From assembly GCA_946534345.1 (NCBI GenBank), contig CAMNCL010000006.1, positions 50 through 64,049 of the forward strand: DNA of 64,000 bases, written 5' to 3'. Under the pieces are notes generated by a model that made no database searches, was not told the DNA's origin, and was given only the letters and a program-made list of their open reading frames with translations. Source of the DNA: an uncultured Bacillales bacterium. Lineage in GTDB: Bacteria > Bacillota_I > Bacilli_A > RF39 > UBA660. This document shows, piece after piece, positions 37,388 through 45,591 of this stretch (its first letter is position 1; the number at the start of each line of letters is the position of its first letter). Made by a program: the position numbers and the translations under genes.

Positions 37388-39415
37388 CTATTTTGTATAA
37401 TCGCACTCACTACATTTTACAGTTTTATTTTTTTCTACAAGCATTTTGCCACATTCTGGGCAAGCTTCTCCTGTAGGTTTATCCCAATAAGCTGTTTTAC
37501 ATTTTGGATAATTATTACATCCATAGAAAATCTTACCTTTACGGCTCTTCTTCTCTACTATTTTTCCTGAGCAATTTGGACAATCACATATTTCAACTAT
37601 TTTTACTTCTTCTTTTTTAATATATTTACACTCTGGATAATTAGAACATGCGACAAACTCTCCATATTTACCTTTTCTAACTACTAATGGATTACCACAT
37701 TCAGGACAAGTTTCTCCTGTCTTTTCAGGTGCTTTTTTCTCCATTTCAGAGAAAGCATTTTTTACACGTGGTTCAAACAAGTCATAGAATTTCTTTAATA
37801 CTTCATTCCATACAAGTTTTCCATCAGCAATAGTATCTAATTCTTCTTCCATTTCACGTGTATATTCTGTATTAATTAGATCACTAAAGAATTCTTGTAG
37901 TTTATCAGTAGTTTCAATTCCAATACTTGTTGGTTTGAATTTTTTCTCTTCCAAAGTTACATAATCATGACTTTTAATAGTATCAATTATAGTAGCATAT
38001 GTACTAGGTCTACCAATTCCTTCTTCTTCTAATTTTTTAATTAGAGAAGCTTCAGTATATCTAGCAGGTGGTTGAGTAAAATGTTGTTTCTTTTCAACAT
38101 CATCAGTAATCTTATCCTCACCAACTACAAAATCAGGAATATCTTTATCATCACTAGATTCATAATCACCATATACTTTTAAGTAACCATCAAAAACGAT
38201 AATACTACCAGTTGTCTTAAATGTATAACCGTTATTATCTAAAACTACTGTAGTTTGATCTAGTATTGCATCAGCCATTAGTGATGCTAATGTTCTTTTA
38301 TAAATTAAACTATATAATTTAAATTCATCATTACTTAAGTATTGTTTTACTTTTAATGGTTCTCTTAAAACACTAGTTGGTCTAATTGCTTCATGAGCAT
38401 CTTGAACATTATCTTTCTTTTTACCTTGTTTAATATAACCAACATATTTTTTTCCATATTGTTCTTCGATATATTTCATTGCTGGTCTAGTAAAATCATC
38501 TGAAAGTCTAATTGAGTCGGTTCTCATGTATGTGATTAAACCTACAGTTTCATCTCCCAAATCAATACCTTCATATAGTTTTTGAGCTATACTCATAGTC
38601 TTACGAGCAGGGAAACCTAACTTAATTGAAGCTTCTTGTTGAAGAGTTGATGTAATGAAAGGAGCTTTACTCTTTCTTGTACCTTTCTTCTTTTGAACAT
38701 CTAATACTCTATACTTTTCACCTAAGCTATTTAGAATTTTATCTGCTTCTGCTTCAGTTTTGATAAGATCTTTTTTCTCTTTAATTTTCTCATCAAAGTA
38801 TTCAGCATCAAATTTATCAAAATGAGCAGTTATAGTCCAATACTCTTCAGGATTAAATGCTTCTATTTCTCTTTCTCTATCTACAATTAGTTTTAAAGCA
38901 ACACTTTGAACACGTCCAGCACTCTTAGCTCCTATTTTACTTTGTAATAATTTAGATAATCTAAATCCAATAATACGATCTAAAATTCTTCTAGTTTCTT
39001 GACTTCTTACTAAATCATCATCTATTACAGTAGGATTTTCTATTGCTTTTAAAACTCTATCTTTAGTAATTTCATTAAATAAAACTCTTTTATAATTCTT
39101 ATCTTTAATACCTAAAGTATCTTTTAAATGCCAAGCAATTGCTTCTCCTTCACGGTCTGGGTCTGATGCTAGATAGATCATATCACTATCTTTGACATCT
39201 TTCTTTAACGCTTTAATAACACTACTCTTACCTTTAATAGGAACATAATTAGGTTTAAATCCATTTTCAATATCTACACCTAAGCCTAAAGGTCCAGTAG
39301 TTGCTAAATCACGAATATGTCCCTTAGATGAAACAACCTTATAATCTTTACCTAAATACTTTTCAATAGTCTTACTTTTACTAGGACTTTCCACAATAAC
39401 TAAATTTTTTGCCAT
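37388..39415 (-). CDS. topA: DNA topoisomerase I
   Basis: TOPRIM N-terminus (LVIVESPSKSKTIEKYLG) and C-terminal CxxC zinc ribbons. 675 aa. Confidence 0.95.
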   Translation of the reverse strand: MAKNLVIVESPSKSKTIEKYLGKDYKVVSSKGHIRDLATTGPLGLGVDIENGFKPNYVPIKGKSSVIKALKKDVKDSDMIYLASDPDREGEAIAWHLKDTLGIKDKNYKRVLFNEITKDRVLKAIENPTVIDDDLVRSQETRRILDRIIGFRLSKLLQSKIGAKSAGRVQSVALKLIVDREREIEAFNPEEYWTITAHFDKFDAEYFDEKIKEKKDLIKTEAEADKILNSLGEKYRVLDVQKKKGTRKSKAPFITSTLQQEASIKLGFPARKTMSIAQKLYEGIDLGDETVGLITYMRTDSIRLSDDFTRPAMKYIEEQYGKKYVGYIKQGKKKDNVQDAHEAIRPTSVLREPLKVKQYLSNDEFKLYSLIYKRTLASLMADAILDQTTVVLDNNGYTFKTTGSIIVFDGYLKVYGDYESSDDKDIPDFVVGEDKITDDVEKKQHFTQPPARYTEASLIKKLEEEGIGRPSTYATIIDTIKSHDYVTLEEKKFKPTSIGIETTDKLQEFFSDLINTEYTREMEEELDTIADGKLVWNEVLKKFYDLFEPRVKNAFSEMEKKAPEKTGETCPECGNPLVVRKGKYGEFVACSNYPECKYIKKEEVKIVEICDCPNCSGKIVEKKSRKGKIFYGCNNYPKCKTAYWDKPTGEACPECGKMLVEKNKTVKCSECDYTK

Positions 39416-39438
39416 ATTACCCCTCCAGCTATTTATAG

Positions 39439-39467
39439 TTTATACTAACAAAAATATTTTTTGTCAA
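39439..39467 (-). promoter_or_regulatory. topA promoter
   Basis: Minus strand TTGACA, a 17-nt spacer, then TATAAA. Confidence 0.55.
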
Positions 39468-39521
39468 CTTTTTTTATCTTTCTATTATTATTTTACAAAA
39501 GAAAAAACAATTTTTACGAAA

Positions 39522-40424
39522 TTAATTGTTTTTTTCTAAATATTCTTTTACTGGTCCGTAGCTTCTTCTATGTTCATCTATTATTCCATATTTATTAATT
39601 GCCTCTAAATGCTTCTTTGTAGGATATCCCACATTATTTTTAAAATCATACATTGGATATTTCTTATCTAGTTCATATAACATCTTATCTCTTGTTACTT
39701 TGGCAAGTACACTAGCAGCACTTATCGTAATACTTCTAAGATCTCCTTTAATAATAGGTTTAACAGGAATATCCAAATCTAATTTCATCGCATCAGTTAA
39801 TACATAATCTGGTTTAGGATTACAATTATTAATAGCTTGAATCATAGCTTCTTTAGTCGCTTCATAAATATTAATCTCATCTATTCTTTTCTCACTTACT
39901 ATTCCTATTCCATAAGATATAGCTTGTCTTTTTATTTCTTCAAAAAAGAAGTTTCTTTTCTTTTCACTTAGTTTTTTACTATCAGTTAAACCATCTAAAT
40001 TAAAATCATCAGGCAAGATACAACAAGCCGCAACTACTGGCCCTACTAAAGGACCTCGTCCTACTTCATCTACTCCTCCAATTAATTTATAACCTTCTTC
40101 TTTTAACTTTCTTTCATTCTGATAGGTATCTAGACAATCTAAGTATAATTCTATTTTCTTTTTTAATGCTTTATCATCAGTACTATCTAGTATAGACTCT
40201 AATTTTTGAAAATTATAATCATTTATTTCATCATAATTATCTAATTTATCTACTACCTTCACTATTATTCCAGGAATATTAAAATCTATTAAACTATTAA
40301 CTTCTAGTTCATCACAGTTTCTTTTTATTCCATGACAAACAATACTAGTATCTCCTACTACTATATATTTACTAGAATCAACATTTATCTCTCTTAATTT
40401 TTCAAAAATATCTTTCTTTGTCAT
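39522..40424 (-). CDS. rnhB: Ribonuclease HII
   Basis: GVDEVGRGPLVGPVV catalytic motif, preceded by a ~110-aa N-terminal region. Confidence 0.9.
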   Translation of the reverse strand: MTKKDIFEKLREINVDSSKYIVVGDTSIVCHGIKRNCDELEVNSLIDFNIPGIIVKVVDKLDNYDEINDYNFQKLESILDSTDDKALKKKIELYLDCLDTYQNERKLKEEGYKLIGGVDEVGRGPLVGPVVAACCILPDDFNLDGLTDSKKLSEKKRNFFFEEIKRQAISYGIGIVSEKRIDEINIYEATKEAMIQAINNCNPKPDYVLTDAMKLDLDIPVKPIIKGDLRSITISAASVLAKVTRDKMLYELDKKYPMYDFKNNVGYPTKKHLEAINKYGIIDEHRRSYGPVKEYLEKNN

Positions 40425-40432
40425 TATTACTC

Positions 40433-41143
40433 CTAATTATATGCTTCTAATATAACAACTTCTATCTTACTATATTTACCTTCTTTTAAATAGGTTCTTT
40501 CTTTAACTGTCTTATTTTTCTTAACATCGAATGTGTAATCATCAGAATAATTGATTATTTTACCATTCTCATCATAATATAATAATCCCCATTTTATTGA
40601 TTCTAATTTTTTATTAGTATTATTTTTTAAAGTTATTGAACCAGTTGCTTCATTAAAAGATACCACCTTAATTTTATCTTCACCATAATAATCATTATGA
40701 CTACTGTTATATGTAAGAACAACTTTAACTTTATATGTCTTATATAATTTTTTTAATTCATCACTTACATTTATTTCAACATATGTCTTTTTACCTGATC
40801 CAACATAACTAAAATAATTATCTTGCATTGTAATAGATTCATTATTTTCATCAAAGAATTCAATATATATCTTACCCGTTCCAGCAAAATCATTTTTATT
40901 AATAACTTCTACTAAGATATTTCCATCACTTAAAAGGTAATCTTTTGATTCTACATATTTACCCATTTCTAAATTAACTTTATCTCTATTATCATAATAA
41001 TACTTATCGGCATCAGTCACTTTATCATCACTATGACTATATTTATAATTGTCAATCTCTGCTGCAATTATAACTATTAATAGTTCAACTAAAATAGTAA
41101 CTCCTATTACAATTAAAATAAGTTTAAGATTCTTCTTTATCAT
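40433..41143 (-). CDS. Membrane-anchored hypothetical protein (236 aa)
   Basis: One N-terminal TM, then a beta-rich extracellular region. No motif recognised. Confidence 0.65.
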   Translation of the reverse strand: MIKKNLKLILIVIGVTILVELLIVIIAAEIDNYKYSHSDDKVTDADKYYYDNRDKVNLEMGKYVESKDYLLSDGNILVEVINKNDFAGTGKIYIEFFDENNESITMQDNYFSYVGSGKKTYVEINVSDELKKLYKTYKVKVVLTYNSSHNDYYGEDKIKVVSFNEATGSITLKNNTNKKLESIKWGLLYYDENGKIINYSDDYTFDVKKNKTVKERTYLKEGKYSKIEVVILEAYN

Positions 41144-41204
41144 ATTATCTACCTCATTTAAAGTGTACTAGCATTTATTTTTTTATGCAAGAAAAAAGAA
41201 TATA

Positions 41205-41987
41205 CTATTTGACTATATTCTTTATTTTTTCTTTTTGTTTATTTTCAAAATCTATATAATATTCCCACTTATCACTAGGTATAACTAAACCACGTTTATT
41301 ATAACTTCTACTTATTATATCTGTTAAATTGACATTTAAATAACTAGCTAAAATCTCTCTAAAAATTGGATACTTTTTAATAAACTCTCTACACTCATCA
41401 ATATTATCAAAACTATATAAAGAACTTTCATAAAGTTTATTAGAATTTTGGCAAGTACTATTTAGTGAATGTTCAAAGTCATATAATGGAGCTAATCTAA
41501 TATTACCATTTTTATCTTCTTCAAACATAATATTAACTTCACTACGATCTGCTTGTCCCATAAAAATATCAAGAGCTAACATTTCTAGCATATCTTTACA
41601 TAATTGTTTTTTGTTTTCTTCACTTCTTGCATGCTTTAACATTGATTCAAACCCGTTATTAGCTAATTTTTCGTATTCATTTATATATTTGTAAGTATTG
41701 TCTTTTTCTTTGAAATCAAATGAACCAATTCCAATAGTTGGATTATACTTATCTGTTTTAGATTTAGATAATGTCTTATTAATTTTAAATCTAGTTAATC
41801 CTGCAATAAAATAATGTGTACATCTAATATTTCTAATATTAGCTAATTCTTCACCAATAAATTCAGCATGATTAAAACGTTTAAAATATACTTGTGGTTC
41901 TTTCTTTTCAAAAAAGCCTTTTTTATTATCTCCGTTTACTAACTTAACTGGTGTATCACTAGTTAAACATTCATTGATATATAACAT
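41205..41987 (-). CDS. HipA-C-like kinase domain protein (candidate)
   Basis: LALDIFMGQADRSEVNIMF...RLAPLYDFEHS resembles the HipA catalytic and activation-loop region (GNxDxHxxN ... LAPxYD). No HipB-like gene is adjacent. Confidence 0.5.
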   Translation of the reverse strand: MLYINECLTSDTPVKLVNGDNKKGFFEKKEPQVYFKRFNHAEFIGEELANIRNIRCTHYFIAGLTRFKINKTLSKSKTDKYNPTIGIGSFDFKEKDNTYKYINEYEKLANNGFESMLKHARSEENKKQLCKDMLEMLALDIFMGQADRSEVNIMFEEDKNGNIRLAPLYDFEHSLNSTCQNSNKLYESSLYSFDNIDECREFIKKYPIFREILASYLNVNLTDIISRSYNKRGLVIPSDKWEYYIDFENKQKEKIKNIVK

Positions 41988-42065
41988 ACCTTCCCATTAA
42001 GAGTTATAAACCCTTAATAGTTCCCCCTTTTTATCAATTCACCCTGTACCATCAAATGTGTATAC

Positions 42066-42094
42066 ATTATACCACAAAATGCCTTAAAAGTCAA
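42066..42094 (-). promoter_or_regulatory. Promoter of the HipA-like gene
   Basis: Minus strand TTGACT, a 17-nt spacer, then TATAAT. Confidence 0.6.
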
Positions 42095-42118
42095 AGAAAA
42101 CAGGCTATTTAAGCCTGT
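42092..42118 (-). terminator. Intrinsic terminator of rbgA
   Basis: ACAGGC-TTAAATA-GCCTGT followed by TTTTCTTT. The stop codon lies inside the hairpin. Confidence 0.65.
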
Positions 42119-42962
42119 CTAAAGTAATATTTCCTAAGTATCCATTTCTTAAATCTCTAATGATTATCTCACTTACTCTATCATAATCAGTAACTCCTCC
42201 ACGAGATAGTGCTCCTCGTCTTTTACCAATTAAATCGTACGCTTCTATTAAATCATCATCTAATTCTTCTATACCATATCTATCATTTAATCTCTCTGGA
42301 TATAATTCATACATCTTTCTTAAGATAAAACTAGCTATTCCATCGTTATTTAATATCTCTTCTTTAATAGAGGATAATGAAGCTAGTATATGAGCTTGTT
42401 CCTGATCTTCTAATTTAGGCCAAAGTATACCTGGAGAATCTAAAAGTTCTAAATCTTTATTAATTCTTATCCAACTAAGACTCTTAGTAAATCCAGGTTT
42501 ATTACCTACTCCTGCAGCTTTCTTACCAACCAATCTATTAATTAATGTACTCTTGCCTACGTTAGGAGCTCCAACAATTAATATACGAGCAGAACGTTCT
42601 TTCATACCTTTATTTACTCTATCTTTATTAATATCATTCATAATAGATTTACTAATATTAATTAACTCACTTACATTACCATTCATTAGATCACACATAA
42701 CTACTTTATAACCTAAATCTTCATAATGTTTACTAATCTTTTTAGTTTCTTCTTTATCACATAAATCATATTTAGTCATAATTAATACTTTAGGTTTATC
42801 TTTAATTAAATCATCTATATCAGCTAATTTACTACTAAGAGGCATTCTAGCATCTATTACTTCAAATACTATATCAATTAAATTAAGTTTTTCTTTTATC
42901 TCTCTCTTAGTCTTTGCCATATGACCTGGATACCAGTTTATATTAGTTTTATTTTCATTCAT
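42105..42962 (-). CDS. rbgA: Ribosome biogenesis GTPase A (YlqF)
   Basis: MNENKTNINWYPGHMAKTKREI N-terminus and circularly permuted GTPase motifs (NKxD-like TKYD, GAPNVGKST). AGGAG RBS 9 nt before ATG 42962. The track start at 42971 is a TTG. Confidence 0.92.
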   Translation of the reverse strand: MNENKTNINWYPGHMAKTKREIKEKLNLIDIVFEVIDARMPLSSKLADIDDLIKDKPKVLIMTKYDLCDKEETKKISKHYEDLGYKVVMCDLMNGNVSELINISKSIMNDINKDRVNKGMKERSARILIVGAPNVGKSTLINRLVGKKAAGVGNKPGFTKSLSWIRINKDLELLDSPGILWPKLEDQEQAHILASLSSIKEEILNNDGIASFILRKMYELYPERLNDRYGIEELDDDLIEAYDLIGKRRGALSRGGVTDYDRVSEIIIRDLRNGYLGNITLDRLK

Positions 42963-42976
42963 TTGGATCAACTCCT
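42932..42976 (-). repeat. Core repeat copy 0 (the genuine rbgA RBS, ATG and first codons)
   Basis: Minus strand AGGAGTTGATCCAAATGAATGAAAATAAAACTAATATAAACTGGT. Continues into rbgA. Confidence 0.9.
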
Positions 42977-43732
42977 TGTTCTACTCAATATTTTAACAAA
43001 TTTTTTAGGAATTTTTTCATTTACTTTTTCTATGGTTTCATTATTAATTCCATACATTGCTTCAGCCATACTTCCAACTATAGCACAGTTTGTATCTGTA
43101 TCTCCACCCATAAGTAATGTTTTTCGAATAGCATCTTCAAAACTATTTGAATCATATAATGCATATAAACAATTTCCTATAGTTTCTTCACATGTCGTAT
43201 TAAACTTAGTAAATGGAATATATTTAATATCAATATTCATCAATTTAAATATTTCATCTTTTGTATAACCATTTCTAGAATAATATATTATTAATGCCAC
43301 CATAGTAGCAGAGTTAATTGCTTCTTTTGAGTTATGAGAAGGTATAGTTGCAAGCCTTGCATTTTCTATCACTTCTTTTTCATTATCAAACATGTATCCT
43401 ACAGGAGATATTCTCATCATAGCACCATTACCATGACTAGTACCAATTATATTTGATTGGCTCCATTTTACCAAGTTAGGTGAAAATGATGATTTAAAAT
43501 ACGGATTAAAATCAGGGTTATACTCACTATATTCTTGTATGTATTTTCGTAAATAATAATCATAATCTTTATTATTAAGTATCGCATCCAGTGTAGCAAT
43601 AGTTAAAATAGTATCATCACTATAGAAAGCATTATCTTCAATTAAATTATTCATTTGTACTCTATGAACTTTTTTTAATTGATCATATTCATATATACTA
43701 CCTGCTAAATCTCCAACTATAGCTCCATACAT
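42968..43732 (-). CDS. ADP-ribosylglycohydrolase family protein (cassette 1)
   Basis: MYGAIVGDLAGSIYEYD N-terminus and GGDTDTNCAIVGSMAEAMYG motif. Confidence 0.85.
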   Translation of the reverse strand: MYGAIVGDLAGSIYEYDQLKKVHRVQMNNLIEDNAFYSDDTILTIATLDAILNNKDYDYYLRKYIQEYSEYNPDFNPYFKSSFSPNLVKWSQSNIIGTSHGNGAMMRISPVGYMFDNEKEVIENARLATIPSHNSKEAINSATMVALIIYYSRNGYTKDEIFKLMNIDIKYIPFTKFNTTCEETIGNCLYALYDSNSFEDAIRKTLLMGGDTDTNCAIVGSMAEAMYGINNETIEKVNEKIPKKFVKILSRTRS

Positions 43733-43741
43733 ACTATCACC

Positions 43742-43775
43742 TCTTTTTTATCTGGTCTTGACTAAATTGTTATCA
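43742..43775 (-). repeat. Hairpin-type cassette junction, copy A
   Basis: Minus strand TGATAACAATTTAGTCAAGACCAGATAAAAAAGA directly after core copy 1. One mismatch relative to 45558..45591. Together with the end of the core it forms the imperfect hairpin CTGGTTGA...TCAAGACCAG. Confidence 0.8.
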
Positions 43776-43820
43776 ACCAGTTGATATTAGTTTTATTATC
43801 GTTCATTTGGATCAACTCCT
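43776..43820 (-). repeat. Core repeat copy 1
   Basis: 45 nt with 3 mismatches to copy 0. Confidence 0.9.
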
Positions 43821-44212
43821 TTATTATTTACCAATTTTTTTACTTTATTATGACTTTTATTTAAGATTGCATTTAGTTTTCTCTTTAATTCATTACGACT
43901 TAGACTATAATAAAATTCTCCATCACTACATGTTGCAACTTCATAATTTGCCATTTCGTTTATTGGCTTTACAACTATAGGTATTTCTTCATTTTCATTA
44001 ATCATTTCTCTTTTTCTAATTAAGTCACTATACCACCAATCATAAACACTAATTGCATAAGCAATTCCATCATCACCTACGATAGCACAATATTGTCTTG
44101 GATCAGCATCTTCTAAGTCTTCTATATCTATATCATTTGACCAAATGGCACGTAATATTCTATATTCATATATTTCATTTCCATCACAGTCATATCCTAA
44201 TGTATAGTCCAT
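43796..44212 (-). CDS. Hypothetical protein, 138 aa (cassette 2)
   Basis: The first 23 track codons lie in the repeated leader, so I start at ATG 44212 (GAGGTGA RBS): MDYTLGYDCDGNEIYEY... Ends KGVDPNER inside core copy 1. Confidence 0.65.
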   Translation of the reverse strand: MDYTLGYDCDGNEIYEYRILRAIWSNDIDIEDLEDADPRQYCAIVGDDGIAYAISVYDWWYSDLIRKREMINENEEIPIVVKPINEMANYEVATCSDGEFYYSLSRNELKRKLNAILNKSHNKVKKLVNNKGVDPNER

Positions 44213-44408
44213 ACATTCACCTCGTTTTATTAATATAAAATATGTCGGCATATTACAAGCCAGTATTCTAATTCCTCTCAAAAATAAGTATATTTTACCA
44301 TATTTTTTATTATTTTTCTTTGCTTTTTAGTAAAACTTGCAAGAGCTTATTTACTAAAAAGTCCTATTTTATAAGGGTTTAAGTGATGGTCGTCATAAAT
44401 ACAAACCA
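44213..44408 (-). repeat. Long leader repeat, copy L2
   Basis: Alignable end to end with 44948..45152. Shared blocks are TGGTTGG.TTGTATTTATG, CACTTAAACCCTTATAAAA, CTTGCAAGTTTTA, TTTTTGAG.GGAATTA and GAGGTGAAT. Confidence 0.85.
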
Positions 44409-44456
44409 ACCATTGTATTAATTTTCCATTATTTTCATTCATTTGAATCAATTCCT
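44409..44456 (-). repeat. Core repeat copy 2 (diverged)
   Basis: Minus strand AGGAATTGATTCAAATGAATGAAAATAATGGAAAATTAATACAATGGT. Homologous to the core, with substitutions and a 3-nt indel. Confidence 0.75.
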
Positions 44457-44947
44457 TTACTAATAATTTTATTTATATCTTTACTATTTACAAATTTTAA
44501 TTTACTCTTAAATTCTTCTAAACTTTTTAACTTGGATTTTTCTTTTTTATAATATGAATTAACTGTTGAAATATAATATATCCATTGACTAAACACAGGT
44601 GGATGATTGTATCTTTCTTTTCCTAATCTTTGTTTAATCCATCTTTTAGTAACTCTATAATAAGATTTCATTCTTGAAAGTTTAATATAATAAATAATAT
44701 CTGCTTCAACTCTACCTTGCTTAAATTTTTCTCTGCCAACATCTTCAATTATCCATTTTTTATTATTCAAAATGTCTTTAAATATTTTTTGCGCTTCCTC
44801 ATCAGTTCTTTTAATATTTCCATGATCATCATCCCATGACACTTTATCAAGCTCATAATATTTAATATTATACATTTCTGATAATTTGGTTGCAAAAGTT
44901 GTTTTACCACTACCAACAGGACCTATTATATATATTTTATTATACAT
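44435..44947 (-). CDS. P-loop NTPase, adenylate-kinase/topology-modulation-protein-like (cassette 3)
   Basis: MYNKIYIIGPVGSGKTTFATKLS Walker A. Ends KGIDSNE inside core copy 2. ATG 44947 preferred to the GTG start at 44959. Confidence 0.75.
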   Translation of the reverse strand: MYNKIYIIGPVGSGKTTFATKLSEMYNIKYYELDKVSWDDDHGNIKRTDEEAQKIFKDILNNKKWIIEDVGREKFKQGRVEADIIYYIKLSRMKSYYRVTKRWIKQRLGKERYNHPPVFSQWIYYISTVNSYYKKEKSKLKSLEEFKSKLKFVNSKDINKIISKGIDSNE

Positions 44948-45152
44948 AATACTATTCACCTCTTTTTATTAATATTAATATAATGTGTCAGAGTGCTACA
45001 AGTCAGTACCTTAATTCCCCTCAAAAATGAGTATGTTTTAACCTATTTTTTCAAATCATTCTTCTTATTCTTATTAAAACTTGCAAGATCTCAATTCTTA
45101 AAAGCTCCCTTTTTATAAGGGTTTAAGTGATAGTCGCCATAAATACAAGCCA
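44948..45152 (-). repeat. Long leader repeat, copy L3
   Basis: See 44213..44408. Confidence 0.85.
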
Positions 45153-45197
45153 ACCAGTTTATATTAGTTTTATTTTCATTCATTTGGATCAACTCCT
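45153..45197 (-). repeat. Core repeat copy 3
   Basis: Identical to copy 0 over all 45 nt. Confidence 0.92.
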
Positions 45198-45547
45198 TTA
45201 CTTACTAATTCAAATACTTCAAATACTATTTTTGAATTATTATTAAAATCCATATCAATTGATTTAAAAAAATCACAATGAACCTTTGTCCAATAATCTA
45301 ATGATAGATCTCCTTCACCTTCTAATTTAGCACATTCTTCTGTCATTTCATTAAACTTCATTACCTTAAAATCAGTTGTTTTTATTATACATGCCTCTGT
45401 TCCGTCATCATAACAAATAATAGATTCTTCTCCAATTACTGGTAATTTTTCATTATTATCAAGCAATGATGTAGTAGCAGTTTTTTTACCAGTTAAAACT
45501 AATGAAATTAATTCATTATTATTTATTCCAAATTTCCATTTTTCCAA
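45176..45547 (-). CDS. ASCH domain protein (cassette 4)
   Basis: WKFGINNNELISLVLTGKKTATTS is typical of ASCH/YhfF-like proteins. TTG start with GAGGT RBS. Ends KGVDPNE inside core copy 3. Confidence 0.7.
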   Translation of the reverse strand: MEKWKFGINNNELISLVLTGKKTATTSLLDNNEKLPVIGEESIICYDDGTEACIIKTTDFKVMKFNEMTEECAKLEGEGDLSLDYWTKVHCDFFKSIDMDFNNNSKIVFEVFELVSKGVDPNE

Positions 45548-45557
45548 ATCAATTACC

Positions 45558-45591
45558 TCTTTTTTATCTGGTCTTAACTAAATTGTTATCA
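45558..45591 (-). repeat. Hairpin-type cassette junction, copy B
   Basis: Minus strand TGATAACAATTTAGTTAAGACCAGATAAAAAAGA directly after core copy 4. Confidence 0.8.

Noticed and set aside
42921-43268. 115-aa plus-strand track ORF
   Set aside because: It is antisense to the rbgA start and the ADP-ribosylglycohydrolase gene. It has low-complexity hydrophobic content typical of the reverse frame of AT-rich genes, and no RBS.
44356-45179. Short ORFs starting at the rbgA-type ATG in core copies 3 and 2 (MNENKTNINWLACIYGDYHLNPYKKGAFKN and MNENNGKLIQWLVCIYDDHHLNPYKIGLFSK), considered as a conserved leader peptide
   Set aside because: From the TGG codon onward, all eight codon differences between the two copies are non-synonymous and none is synonymous. 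Conservation therefore looks nucleotide-level, not peptide-level. I report the region as a conserved leader rather than a CDS.
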